From IMG/VR virus record IMGVR_UViG_3300017917_002814, positions 73,413-137,412 of that record: a stretch of 64,000 bases of DNA. One strand, written 5' to 3'. The notes under the pieces are model-generated. The model had not been told where the DNA came from, searched no databases, and saw nothing but the letters and a program-made list of their open reading frames with translations. The position numbers and the translations under genes were made by a program. The DNA comes from a virus. Positions 36,024-45,461 of this stretch are shown here, one piece after another (within the stretch, counting starts at the first letter, position 1; each line of letters opens with the position of its first letter).

Positions 36024-38277
36024 TTTCGTCTATTCTATGTTGAAAGTTTGATGTTTCTGCTGTTTGAAATTCAAATTTGTTATTACAGTAATCTACTATA
36101 ACAGTAGTTCCTGCTACAATATTTTCAAAAAGTATTTTTTTGCTAAGTGGAACTTTAATTGTGTCATTTATTTTCCTTTGTAATGGTCTTGCTCCCATTT
36201 TACTATCAAACCCATTTACAATAAGTTCATCAACTGCTTTTTCTGTCAACCTCACACGCAATTGTTTTTCTAATAGTAAATCATTAAGTTCAGTGACAAA
36301 TTTGTTTACAATTTTACGCATACTCAATTTGTCTAAGCGATTAAATTTAATTACTCCATCTAGTCTATTTCTAAATTCAGGTTTAAAGAAATCCTTTACA
36401 GCACGATCATCTTCACCTGTTTTTTCAAGTGCAGTAGTAAATCCCATTGTGTTTTTTTCGTTGTCGGCGGCGCCTAGATTTGATGTTAAAATAATTATTG
36501 CATTTCTACAATCTGCTTTTTTACCATTACTACTGGTTACTGTGCCTTCATCCATCATTTGTAATAAAATATTACTGACGTCAGGGTGCGCTTTTTCAAT
36601 TTCATCCATTAAAATTATACAATTTGGATTTTTTTCTATGTCAGAAATTAGCAGACCACCAGCCAAGTTTCCGTCATCGTAACCAACATACCCCGGGGGA
36701 GCACCAATGAGTTTGGCAACTGTGTGTCTTTCCTGATATTCACTCATGTCATACCTGAGTAATTGCATACCAAGACATTGCGATAATAGTTTTGCTAGTT
36801 CTGTTTTTCCTGTTCCGGTGGGGCCTAAAAATAGGAAATTTCCTACTGGTTTATTAAGAGATTTTAATCCAGCACGGCTAACATAAATTTTTTCGAGTAC
36901 ACTTTCTACAGCTGAATCTTGACCATACAACTTGTCTTTAATTTTAGATTCTAAATTATCAATTACTCCTGATTCTTTGTTATTATACGTACCAATCTGA
37001 TCTATAGGAATTTTGGTAATTCTGCTTAAAGCATTGATAATATCTCCTTTAGACACAGTCCAACTTGTATTTTTAATTTTGTGTTTAGCACAGCAGGCAT
37101 CAATCAAATCAATAGCTTTATCTGGAAGCTTTTTATCAGTTTGATATCTAATAGATAAATCAACAGCAGCATCAATTGCTTCGTTAGAAATAGATCCACC
37201 GTGAAACTTTTCAAAATTAAATTTTAAACCATACAAAATTTCTTTCGCAGTTTCTGCACTTGGTTCATTTATGGTGATACGTTGAAATCTACGCATCAAT
37301 GCTCGATCTTTTTCAAAGCTCTGTGTGTATTCTTCCCAAGTGGTTGATGCAATGACTTTGATCTTGCCTTTACTCAAGGCTGGTTTGATCATGTTACTGA
37401 AATCAACACTGCTTTGACTGCCGGCGCCGGCACCTCGCATTTGATGTGCTTCGTCAATAAACAAAATAGCATTGCCTTTGGTGTTCAATGCTGCTATAAT
37501 TTCTTGAATTTTTTCTTCGAAATCTCCGCGATATTTACTGCCCGCCAACAGACTACCGATATCTAGATTATAAACAGTAAAGTCTTGAAGATATTGTGGT
37601 ACAGTTTTTGTTACAATTGCCAATGCTAACCCTTCGGCAATGGCAGTTTTACCAACACCCGGATCGCCTACCATTAGTACATTTGATTTATTTCTACGTG
37701 CTAAAATTTCAATGATATCATCTGTTTCGTGTTTGCGTCCAATAACAGGGTCAATTTTTCCTTCTTTGGCAAGGGTGTTTAAATTGTCGCAATAATGTTC
37801 TAAAATTTTATCTGCTCGATCGGTGTTGACAATGGCTTTACCAGATTCTGGTTTATAATTTTTATTATATAGTTCTACTAATTTGCCACGATCCAAGCCG
37901 TATTTGACCATAAAATAATGGGCATAACTATTATTTTCTGCATGAATACTAAGAAACAAATCTAATAGTTCGATCTGTTTTCTAGAGCTAAACAAAACTT
38001 GCGTAAATGCTCTGTTGAACACTCTTTCCAAACTATGTGTTTTTTTTGGTTCTAAATCTGTAACTATTAAATTTGTGGCCTGTAACAAGTAACTTTCTAA
38101 TTCGGCGTCAAGTCCGTCGGTGTCTGTTCCAAATTGGATTAATAAATTTTTAAACGGTTCGAATCTTATCATTGACAAAAAAACATGTTCCAAGGTCACG
38201 TATTCGTGACTTAGTTCTTTAGCCAATTGAGTTGCCTCAATTACAATATGATCAATTTCTGGATTGGTTTGTAGCAT
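35983..38277 (-). CDS. clpA: ATP-dependent Clp protease ATPase subunit, ClpA-type
   Basis: Clp N-domain (HEYVTLEH); two AAA modules (GDPGVGKT, GPTGTGKT); KYRG and GYVG pore loops; MGF ClpP-docking loop; no ClpB middle domain. Confidence 0.93.
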   Translation of the reverse strand: MLQTNPEIDHIVIEATQLAKELSHEYVTLEHVFLSMIRFEPFKNLLIQFGTDTDGLDAELESYLLQATNLIVTDLEPKKTHSLERVFNRAFTQVLFSSRKQIELLDLFLSIHAENNSYAHYFMVKYGLDRGKLVELYNKNYKPESGKAIVNTDRADKILEHYCDNLNTLAKEGKIDPVIGRKHETDDIIEILARRNKSNVLMVGDPGVGKTAIAEGLALAIVTKTVPQYLQDFTVYNLDIGSLLAGSKYRGDFEEKIQEIIAALNTKGNAILFIDEAHQMRGAGAGSQSSVDFSNMIKPALSKGKIKVIASTTWEEYTQSFEKDRALMRRFQRITINEPSAETAKEILYGLKFNFEKFHGGSISNEAIDAAVDLSIRYQTDKKLPDKAIDLIDACCAKHKIKNTSWTVSKGDIINALSRITKIPIDQIGTYNNKESGVIDNLESKIKDKLYGQDSAVESVLEKIYVSRAGLKSLNKPVGNFLFLGPTGTGKTELAKLLSQCLGMQLLRYDMSEYQERHTVAKLIGAPPGYVGYDDGNLAGGLLISDIEKNPNCIILMDEIEKAHPDVSNILLQMMDEGTVTSSNGKKADCRNAIIILTSNLGAADNEKNTMGFTTALEKTGEDDRAVKDFFKPEFRNRLDGVIKFNRLDKLSMRKIVNKFVTELNDLLLEKQLRVRLTEKAVDELIVNGFDSKMGARPLQRKINDTIKVPLSKKILFENIVAGTTVIVDYCNNKFEFQTAETSNFQHRIDENGYIVLEEPISEY

Positions 38278-38285
38278 AAAAATAT

Positions 38286-39152
38286 TTATTGATTAAAGAA
38301 TAATTTTTTTAATGTGGTTTGTTGCTCTGCTGTAATACTGGTTGGAACATTTATTTTAACATTAATAAACAAGGAACCCCTAACATTTTGATTCATTGCA
38401 TATAACCCTTGATCTGGTATCCTAAATTTAGTATTAGGTTGTGTTCCTTGCGGTATGTTTAATTCGAAAATTTTTCCATCTAGACCTTGTACGCTGCTTA
38501 AACAACCTACCATGGCTTGAATACAATCAATTTCTATTGTTTTATGTAAATCAAGATGATTTACATTAAACTCGGTGTTGGCTTCAATTTGTATTTTTAC
38601 ATATAAGTCTCCTCTTGGCAGAGTTGAAAAAAAGTTATCACCTAGACCGGAATATTTTACAGTTGAGCTAGGAGTTACACCTCGAGGAATATTCACTTCA
38701 ACCGGATAACTATCGCCATTGGTAGTTTTTACATTGATAATTTTTGTTTGATTTTCAAGCGTACTAGCAAGACTGATTACTATTTCAATTTGTATATCTT
38801 TGTTTTTTCTTGGTTGTCTAAAGTGTGAAAACGGATCACCATGCCCGGCAAAGCCCTGCCCAAAAGCAAAACCAAAATTGCGTAACATTTCTTCCATTTC
38901 TGGGGGCATGCCACCACCGACATCATGCCCGTTTACTGTAAATCTAAAACCACCAGTACCACGGCGCTCTGCGTCATATTGTGCTCTTTTATTTTGATCA
39001 CTGATTGTTTCGTAGGCTGCTTGAATCTGCTGGAATCTATTGGTGTCACCGCCTTTGTCTGGGTGATGCTGATTTGCCAGTTTACGGTATGCCTTTTTAA
39101 TTTCATCTAAACTGGCGTTTTCAGAAACTCCTAAGGTATCGTAGTGTGTCAT
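38286..39152 (-). CDS. DnaJ/CbpA-type co-chaperone (no zinc finger)
   Basis: J domain with HPD, G/F-rich linker, RGDLYV C-terminal domain. Confidence 0.92.
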   Translation of the reverse strand: MTHYDTLGVSENASLDEIKKAYRKLANQHHPDKGGDTNRFQQIQAAYETISDQNKRAQYDAERRGTGGFRFTVNGHDVGGGMPPEMEEMLRNFGFAFGQGFAGHGDPFSHFRQPRKNKDIQIEIVISLASTLENQTKIINVKTTNGDSYPVEVNIPRGVTPSSTVKYSGLGDNFFSTLPRGDLYVKIQIEANTEFNVNHLDLHKTIEIDCIQAMVGCLSSVQGLDGKIFELNIPQGTQPNTKFRIPDQGLYAMNQNVRGSLFINVKINVPTSITAEQQTTLKKLFFNQ

Positions 39153-39158
39153 AGTGTA

Positions 39159-39188
39159 ATTATATATCCTTTATTACTGTTGTGTCAA
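39159..39188 (-). promoter_or_regulatory. sigma70-type promoter (TTGACA-18-TATAAT), leaderless dnaJ mRNA
   Basis: consensus hexamers; 6 nt to the ATG. Confidence 0.7.
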
Positions 39189-39196
39189 TACAAATG

Positions 39197-39218
39197 AAAA
39201 GAGCCCAATAAAGGGCTC
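39197..39218 (-). terminator. rho-independent terminator after the lysis cassette
   Basis: GAGCCC-TTTATT-GGGCTC-TTTT on the minus strand. Confidence 0.7.
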
Positions 39219-39243
39219 TAAAAAATAAATTGTTTGCTACAAT

Positions 39244-39450
39244 TTACTTCTTTTCGTCTTTCTTTGCACCTTCAATTTTGGTTCCTTCTAATTTCTTGTG
39301 AACCTTGATTGTTTTACAAACTTCTTTTTCTTTTTTGGTCTTGTTGTCAAATTCTTTAACACAGACTTTTTTCTCTTCGGCTGCTTGACAATCATGTGCG
39401 TAAGCCAATGGTACGAAAACAAATAATAGTGTTGCAATTAGTTTTTTCAT
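39244..39450 (-). CDS. small secreted Lys-rich protein
   Basis: signal peptide ending AYA; Cys pair. Confidence 0.7.
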   Translation of the reverse strand: MKKLIATLLFVFVPLAYAHDCQAAEEKKVCVKEFDNKTKKEKEVCKTIKVHKKLEGTKIEGAKKDEKK

Positions 39451-39674
39451 TTTGGAGGGTCCTTTTTAGTAAATTTTTCTGATGCTGTAAATCCTAAACC
39501 ACCTAATACAATATAACTTATAGCATCAAATGTTTGCTGACTCACTTTCTTTTCAAAAAACAATTCAGAAAAGAATGCTACTGCTATCAACAAGAAAGCC
39601 AAAAATGTAATGACTCTCTTGCTGCTAGGATTACTTTCGCTTTCACCGGAAAGCATTCTAACAATAAAGTTCAT
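39447..39674 (-). CDS. putative holin-like 2-TM protein
   Basis: SSKR followed by two TM segments; lysis-cassette context. Confidence 0.55.
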   Translation of the reverse strand: MNFIVRMLSGESESNPSSKRVITFLAFLLIAVAFFSELFFEKKVSQQTFDAISYIVLGGLGFTASEKFTKKDPPK

Positions 39675-40156
39675 TACCGTTCCGGATGTTCTGGTTGTGC
39701 TGGTGCTTCTTTACCGCCGAAGCCAGGTGCTACACTTGCAACAAAACTTGGAACATCGCCAATTGGTGCTGCGGCTGCTGCGGCACTACCAAACGAGAAT
39801 GATGCGCCCAGGCCACCGCTTGATGGTGCCGGTGCTGCAGGCGGAGCTGGTGGAGGTGTGTAAGGCTTGTTAGCTGCATCCAGTGCTTTGGCTCTTAGAT
39901 CCTTGTCGTCGCCTGCTAACATTATTCCCGACAAGGTACCAGTCAAGAATGTGGCAATTGGAATAATAAGTTCAAAAAACTTGTTATCCACTGGACTCAT
40001 TCCATTCATGGGTTGAGTGACAAAAATTAAACTGTATAACACTACAAACACAATTCCGAACAATGTTAAACCCAAAATAATACCAATAAAAAATTTGAGT
40101 CTAGCATTTAATTCTTCTGTGGTATATCTTTCTTTACTGAATAATTCTGCGATCAT
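39674..40156 (-). CDS. 2-TM membrane protein with Pro/Ala-rich tail (holin/antiholin candidate)
   Basis: two hydrophobic segments; downstream of the endolysin. Confidence 0.6.
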   Translation of the reverse strand: MIAELFSKERYTTEELNARLKFFIGIILGLTLFGIVFVVLYSLIFVTQPMNGMSPVDNKFFELIIPIATFLTGTLSGIMLAGDDKDLRAKALDAANKPYTPPPAPPAAPAPSSGGLGASFSFGSAAAAAAPIGDVPSFVASVAPGFGGKEAPAQPEHPER

Positions 40157-40389
40157 TTACAATCTCCTTTTCTTGGTGTTGGTTGCTCTGGTTGGAAATT
40201 ATTTCCAGTCTGGCCACCAACTTTATTTTTTTCATAGTGTGTAAGATCTTCTGGGCAAGTACCGTTTGCACTACACCATGGCTTCTTACATTCTTTTTTA
40301 TCCCAGTTATCGGGGTCTTGACAAGGATAACGGTAGTTCTCCGAGCAAGAGACTAATAATGGTAGTATTAGTATTGCAAGGTATCGCAT
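40153..40389 (-). CDS. small Cys-rich lipoprotein
   Basis: LLVSC lipobox; YRYPCQDP.NW...C..P.C...G.CP. Confidence 0.75.
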   Translation of the reverse strand: MRYLAILILPLLVSCSENYRYPCQDPDNWDKKECKKPWCSANGTCPEDLTHYEKNKVGGQTGNNFQPEQPTPRKGDCK

Positions 40390-41006
40390 CAGTGAACTCC
40401 TAACACATGCAGAGCATGATTGTAATGTTTGATACGATCGTCCAATCCAATGAATCCTCCGTTGATTTTTCTGGTCATTTTCTTAATGTCGCCGGCATCT
40501 GCTTCTACATTTAATTTATTGGTTTCCCAAAACCAACATGCCGATTGTGCTGCACCCTCAAAAGTCTGTGTATATTCAGCAGCTTCTTCTGGGCTGATTT
40601 CTAAACTAGCCGCAAACCATTGATAATTAGTCTTTCCAGTCAATTGAATTAGGCCGCGACCACGATAACGGAACCCATCACCGCTTGCTTCGTCGCCATT
40701 GCCCATTCTATTAGCGTAGACTCTGTTAGCAATTTTTTCAGGTTTCTTCTCGTAGGCTTTGGCGGTAGCCATATCTGTAAAATATCTTGGAAAGGTTTTC
40801 ATTAAACTTTCTGCTCGATAATTCAAGTTTTCTGTTAGAAAAACAAATCCGCCTGATTCGTGAGCACATTGTGCTATGAAGGCTGCGATTCTCTGAGGCG
40901 TGTTTATTTCATAGTCTGGTAACAGTTGACTCAATGCCTTATGCCAATGGTTGATATATTGATTTTTTGGCAATAGTTGTTTAAGTTGATCCTTAGTAAG
41001 TTCCAT
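40389..41006 (-). CDS. glycoside hydrolase family 19 endolysin
   Basis: FIAQCAHES, ENLNY, YRGRGLIQLTG..NY and INGG..G..DR motifs; start likely MELTKD. Confidence 0.9.
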   Translation of the reverse strand: MELTKDQLKQLLPKNQYINHWHKALSQLLPDYEINTPQRIAAFIAQCAHESGGFVFLTENLNYRAESLMKTFPRYFTDMATAKAYEKKPEKIANRVYANRMGNGDEASGDGFRYRGRGLIQLTGKTNYQWFAASLEISPEEAAEYTQTFEGAAQSACWFWETNKLNVEADAGDIKKMTRKINGGFIGLDDRIKHYNHALHVLGVH

Positions 41007-41079
41007 GTAGTTTGATCCTTTATTTGTTATGTTTTCCGCCACATATTGGGCATGATTCTTGCTCTTGCATATCTGTTCC

Positions 41080-41268
41080 TTAAATTACGGCCATTGCTAC
41101 ATTGCAAGCCTGATATATATGTCTTGCTAATTGTTCGTTGCCTGCACATTCTTGTGCTGCTCGAATGTCTCTTATCTCAAGCAACAAATAATCTCTTTCA
41201 TTGCGGTCAATTTCTCCCATTTCGTAGGCGTCGTTGAGTGCTTGTATCTCGTGTTCTAGTGGATGCAT
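41080..41268 (-). CDS. hypothetical protein
   Basis: start MHPLEHE at a TAATG overlap. Confidence 0.6.
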   Translation of the reverse strand: MHPLEHEIQALNDAYEMGEIDRNERDYLLLEIRDIRAAQECAGNEQLARHIYQACNVAMAVI

Positions 41269-41621
41269 TATCTTCCTTCCCATGCTGAGCGAGCAGCTTG
41301 AATTCTTTGTTCGGCAGTCTTTTTGCCCAGTTCGCAGAATGTTTTACTTCCGCCTTTGCCCATTCTCACCACATGAGCATGTAATCCTTTTATGTTTTCT
41401 GCTTGCGGATCTTTTCGCCATTCTGTGTATTTGGCTAAATGAGCTGATGATATTTCCATTATGCCCCAGTCTGGGCCTGTGCAATCAACAGACTCTAATA
41501 TTCTATCTAGTTCTACCAAGTGATTAAACATCACAGGGTCATGCGATCTTGGCCAGTATTTTTTGATAGTAGTACACCCAAGTAAAGAAAGTGTTAGTAG
41601 TAGCACTGCTAAATGTTTCAT
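41268..41621 (-). CDS. lipoprotein
   Basis: LLGC lipobox, two further Cys. Confidence 0.75.
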   Translation of the reverse strand: MKHLAVLLLTLSLLGCTTIKKYWPRSHDPVMFNHLVELDRILESVDCTGPDWGIMEISSAHLAKYTEWRKDPQAENIKGLHAHVVRMGKGGSKTFCELGKKTAEQRIQAARSAWEGR

Positions 41622-41622
41622 A

Positions 41623-41889
41623 TCATTTCACTTCCTCAAATATTTTTTTTTGTTTTGAGTACCATTCATTCCACTCATCCACCTTGATTGAACACTCATA
41701 ATAATTTGTATAATTTTCAACCACGGTTTTGTGTAAATCTACTATGGAAACACTATCGCCTTCAATTTTTTTAAGAGCCCCACATGGCTGTTTGAGGCTG
41801 GGCGGAGCTTCGGGAAATTTCATTATTACAGGAACAGTAGTCGAGCACCCGGTTAAAAACATTGCAAATAACAAAGAATAAGTTTTCAT
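41623..41889 (-). CDS. o-spanin-like lipoprotein (Rz1-like)
   Basis: LTGC lipobox, Pro-rich start, NY..Y..C motif; follows an i-spanin-like gene. Confidence 0.7.
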   Translation of the reverse strand: MKTYSLLFAMFLTGCSTTVPVIMKFPEAPPSLKQPCGALKKIEGDSVSIVDLHKTVVENYTNYYECSIKVDEWNEWYSKQKKIFEEVK

Positions 41890-42401
41890 TTTTTCTCCGC
41901 TGCTTTGTTATGTTCTTCAACGATAATTCTTGGTACTGGACAGTTTTTGAGTGCAGTTTGTAACTCTTGCTGCTTTGCTTCAAACACCGCACGTTCTTCT
42001 GCACTCATGTCCTTGACAATCTCAACAGTATCACCTTTGACCAAGCGATTTATATATTCAATTTGTATACGTCCTTTTTCCCTAACTACTTTGGTTTTTT
42101 CAATCACTCTAGTTTCTACTTCAGTGTTTACCTGTTGGCTTTTTTCTTCTGCTAGTCGTACTTTGTCTTCCATTTCTGCCACTCGCTCGCGCCATGACAG
42201 CTCATTGCTATATCCGCCGTACCAGTAAATACCGCTAGTTAGTAATACAATACCAACTAATTGTATCCAAAATCTATATATGTTTAAAAAGGGAATAAAA
42301 GTAATAACCCAACTAGCCATCAATATTAGTGCGCCTAACCCCATTAAACAATAGGTTATCGTGAGTATGAAACTTTCAGGTAATAAATGTAAAATCCACA
42401 T
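41886..42401 (-). CDS. i-spanin-like membrane coiled-coil protein (Rz-like)
   Basis: N-terminal TM segments, coiled coil, C-terminal C.VP....HN.AA. Confidence 0.65.
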   Translation of the reverse strand: MWILHLLPESFILTITYCLMGLGALILMASWVITFIPFLNIYRFWIQLVGIVLLTSGIYWYGGYSNELSWRERVAEMEDKVRLAEEKSQQVNTEVETRVIEKTKVVREKGRIQIEYINRLVKGDTVEIVKDMSAEERAVFEAKQQELQTALKNCPVPRIIVEEHNKAAEKK

Positions 42402-42404
42402 AAT

Positions 42405-42434
42405 ATACTGGTAATCGAACTACCAGTATTTATG
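42405..42434 (-). promoter_or_regulatory. late promoter CATAAATA overlapping a 9-bp hairpin before the lysis cassette
   Basis: ATACTGGTA (42405-42413) and TACCAGTAT (42421-42429) inverted repeat; promoter motif at 42427-42434. Confidence 0.6.
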
Positions 42435-42443
42435 CTATTTTGG

Positions 42444-42995
42444 TTAAAGAATCCCTGCTAGGCTTCTTATTGTTTGAGTATGATCGTTTATTGGTGCTCG
42501 CGTAGTTACAGGAACACCGGCTGCATTACGCATTTCATCTAATTCTTTTTTACCGTATTTTGCCAGATAAGTTGAAGATGACAAAGGTACATTATTTTGT
42601 ATATTTTCTGTTGAAAGTTCTAATTTTGCAGGATTAGATCGGATTTGCATTGCCCAGTCACTTAGTTCTTGCTCAGTTAAATTCATTATATCCTGCATCA
42701 TTTCTAATACTTTTTGGGCAAAACTTGGTTCTCTGTCACATTCAACAAACACTAAAAAATCCCCGTCTTCTAATTCTCCTGCGCTAACATCTGCGTCCAA
42801 CACCCATTCGTATCCTTTTTCAATGAAATTGACTAGATCCTCAGCTGGTTCGCGACCATTTACTTTGAAACTTATTACAATTACATCTTCATCTTTGCCC
42901 ATTTTGCTTTTATATTCATCAATGTGCAATTCTGGCGTAACTAAACGTTTAAGATCGCTTTGTTCTAAGCCTTCGCTTATTTTACTGTTGAACAT
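42444..42995 (-). CDS. hypothetical acidic phage protein
   Basis: 183-aa ORF, AGGAGG SD. Confidence 0.8.
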   Translation of the reverse strand: MFNSKISEGLEQSDLKRLVTPELHIDEYKSKMGKDEDVIVISFKVNGREPAEDLVNFIEKGYEWVLDADVSAGELEDGDFLVFVECDREPSFAQKVLEMMQDIMNLTEQELSDWAMQIRSNPAKLELSTENIQNNVPLSSSTYLAKYGKKELDEMRNAAGVPVTTRAPINDHTQTIRSLAGIL

Positions 42996-43524
42996 TTTGC
43001 GTTCCTCCTACTGGTGCTGCAGAATCTGTTTTGTACATGTTTTTGTCTTGTCCGGTTTCGTATGCTTGCTCAATATCTTCAACATCAATATTTCCAGAAT
43101 ACAACTCTAGACTGCCCTGATTGATTTCTTGCATGAGCTTTTTTGGCATCACAATTTCAACTAACCAAATTGGAGTTCTTGCTAATTTTGGAAATTTTGT
43201 ACCAGGTTCAAAATCGTTTGGTTCTTTAACTTTGATTGGATATTCAAGTTGATCTTTTTTATAGGCTATCTCGCAGCCGTATTCCAGTAATCGTTCCCCG
43301 CCCCTAGGATCGGGCATTTTTTTGTAAGGCCACATAAATGTACAAGTAACAAAGTACTTTTCATAGTTTGGGCCATCAACTAACTCGCCTTTTTTCCAGT
43401 TAGCAAATGTGTAGATATCAAGTTCATCTATTACTCGCTCAAAATCTAAAAGTGTACTAATAGCACTATCAGTTAAAGAAATAGATTTTATATTTTCTAA
43501 TACGTCGTTTATGTTTTTAGACAT
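42982..43524 (-). CDS. hypothetical phage protein
   Basis: 180-aa ORF with MPDPRGG.RL motif; TAAATA upstream. Confidence 0.8.
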   Translation of the reverse strand: MSKNINDVLENIKSISLTDSAISTLLDFERVIDELDIYTFANWKKGELVDGPNYEKYFVTCTFMWPYKKMPDPRGGERLLEYGCEIAYKKDQLEYPIKVKEPNDFEPGTKFPKLARTPIWLVEIVMPKKLMQEINQGSLELYSGNIDVEDIEQAYETGQDKNMYKTDSAAPVGGTQNVQQ

Positions 43525-43730
43525 TTTTTGTCCTATTTTAATTATTTAGTTTTGTAATTAGTTGTGTACCCGATGAGCTTTATACTTAGTCTATTTTATA
43601 CCAATATTTAAGGTATTAAAATACTGGTGCAACCGTTGTAAATAACAGCGTGGACTTGATAAAGAAGACGCCAAGCCCACCAAGAGGAGCTCGGGCCATG
43701 GCAGATCCACCATTTTTAAAGGAGGTAGTC

Positions 43731-44447
43731 TTGAGCAAACGCCGTAGAAGCGAAGCAGCACAATTACAAGTAGTACAAATAGACTCATACCAAAAACAAC
43801 GCCGTACCATTCAACTTATTCCTAAAAGCTTAAATCAAGAAAAATATATAGATTTACTAGAAAATCCACAACACCTAATAGTATTTGCCGCAGGTCCGGC
43901 AGGAACAGGCAAAACTATGCTGGCTGTATTGGCTGCACTAAAAGCATTTAGAGCAGGAGAGTGCTCTAAGATTGTTATTACCAGACCCGCAGTAGGTGTT
44001 GACGACGAGCAACATGGATTTTTGCCGGGCACACTAAATCAAAAGATGGAGCCATGGACACGCCCTATCTTTGACATAATAGAGGAGTATTACAAACCAC
44101 AAGAGGTATTGCGTCTGCTAGAAGAAAAATATATTGAGATTGCTCCACTAGCATACATGCGAGGGCGGACATTTAAAAATTCGTGGATTATTGCAGATGA
44201 GATGCAAAACGCGACACCAAGTCAAATGAAAATGCTGCTAACTCGACTCGGCGAAAACTCTAAGATGGTTGTAACAGGTGACACGCAGCAGGCCGACCGT
44301 AAGGCCAAGGACAACGGATTATTGGACTTCCAAAGACTAATGAAAGACTTTGACAGCCAATACATTGCTGGCGTGGAGTTTGCAGTTCGAGATGTTCGTA
44401 GACATCCTGCTGTTACCGAAGTTCTAAAATTATACGGGGAGGTATAA
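43731..44447 (+). CDS. phoH: PhoH-family ATPase
   Basis: GPAGTGKT, TRP, GFLPG, YMRGRTF, DEMQN, LTRLG, GD..Q.D and RHP motifs; probable TTG start after AAGGAGGT. Confidence 0.93.
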   Translation: MSKRRRSEAAQLQVVQIDSYQKQRRTIQLIPKSLNQEKYIDLLENPQHLIVFAAGPAGTGKTMLAVLAALKAFRAGECSKIVITRPAVGVDDEQHGFLPGTLNQKMEPWTRPIFDIIEEYYKPQEVLRLLEEKYIEIAPLAYMRGRTFKNSWIIADEMQNATPSQMKMLLTRLGENSKMVVTGDTQQADRKAKDNGLLDFQRLMKDFDSQYIAGVEFAVRDVRRHPAVTEVLKLYGEV

Positions 44448-44462
44448 TGTATTAAATACTAG

Positions 44463-45461
44463 ATGTTTTTATACGAAGAAATTCGCCATGTACACCTTGA
44501 AATTTCTTCAAGGTGTAATGCAGCATGCCCTTTATGCCCAAGAAACTTGTGGGGAATTAACGGAATCATAGACGACTTTCCTATATGTGATTTAACATTG
44601 TTGCAAGTTAAAAAAATATTTGAAGTTGATTTTTTAAAGCAACTCGAAACTTTACTTATCAATGGCAACTATGGAGATTTTGTCACTTGCAAAGAAGCTG
44701 TGGAAATAATTGAATATCTAAGAAATAGTAATGATAAATTACAAATTGTAATACAGACAAACGGAAGCGGGCAACCACATATTTGGAGTCGATTAGCCGA
44801 GCTCGATGCTCATGTTTATTTCAGTATAGATGGTAATAAAGATACCAATCACCTTTACAGACAAAATACAAATTTTGATTTAATTATTAAAAATGCCAAA
44901 ACTTTCATTGATGCTGGCGGTCATGCTGAATGGCATTTCATTAAATTTGATTTCAATGAAACACAAATAGAAGAAATACAACAGATGAGTCAGTCTCTTA
45001 AATTTAAAAAATTTTTTCTAAGAGATGCCGGTAGAAATGATTATCATGTTTTCAATAAGGACAGAACTTATAACTTTTCTGTAGGTAACCCAAAATTGCC
45101 TGCGGATTTTCAAAGGTTGGTTGAAATTTTTGAATGGACAAAAACCAGCGATAAAACACCAATTTATCAAACTGCTAAATCAAAAAATGTAAATTGTTTA
45201 GCAAAGAGAGGAAAAAGTATATACGTTGCAGCAAATGGAGAAGTTTTTCCTTGTTGTTGGACTGGTTTTTCACCCAGAACTGATAATAGAAAGCCTGGCA
45301 ATAATCAGCTTAGATCAATACTTGAAAACTATAATAATAATGCACTTGAGGTGGGATTAAAGCAAGCAATGGAATGGTTTCAGGATCTCGAGAAAACTTG
45401 GGACTTGCCAGATGTACTTCAAGGTAAAAACTACATTTGTAACGACACTTGCGGAACTTAG
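44463..45461 (+). CDS. radical SAM protein with C-terminal SPASM/twitch-like Cys motifs
   Basis: CNAACPLC, TNG, FSIDG, C..GEVFPCC and terminal C..TC motifs. Confidence 0.85.
   Translation: MFLYEEIRHVHLEISSRCNAACPLCPRNLWGINGIIDDFPICDLTLLQVKKIFEVDFLKQLETLLINGNYGDFVTCKEAVEIIEYLRNSNDKLQIVIQTNGSGQPHIWSRLAELDAHVYFSIDGNKDTNHLYRQNTNFDLIIKNAKTFIDAGGHAEWHFIKFDFNETQIEEIQQMSQSLKFKKFFLRDAGRNDYHVFNKDRTYNFSVGNPKLPADFQRLVEIFEWTKTSDKTPIYQTAKSKNVNCLAKRGKSIYVAANGEVFPCCWTGFSPRTDNRKPGNNQLRSILENYNNNALEVGLKQAMEWFQDLEKTWDLPDVLQGKNYICNDTCGT

Noticed and set aside
45458-45461. Terminator at the convergent junction of the radical-SAM and nucleotidase genes
   Set aside because: The two stop codons overlap, and there is no intergenic hairpin.
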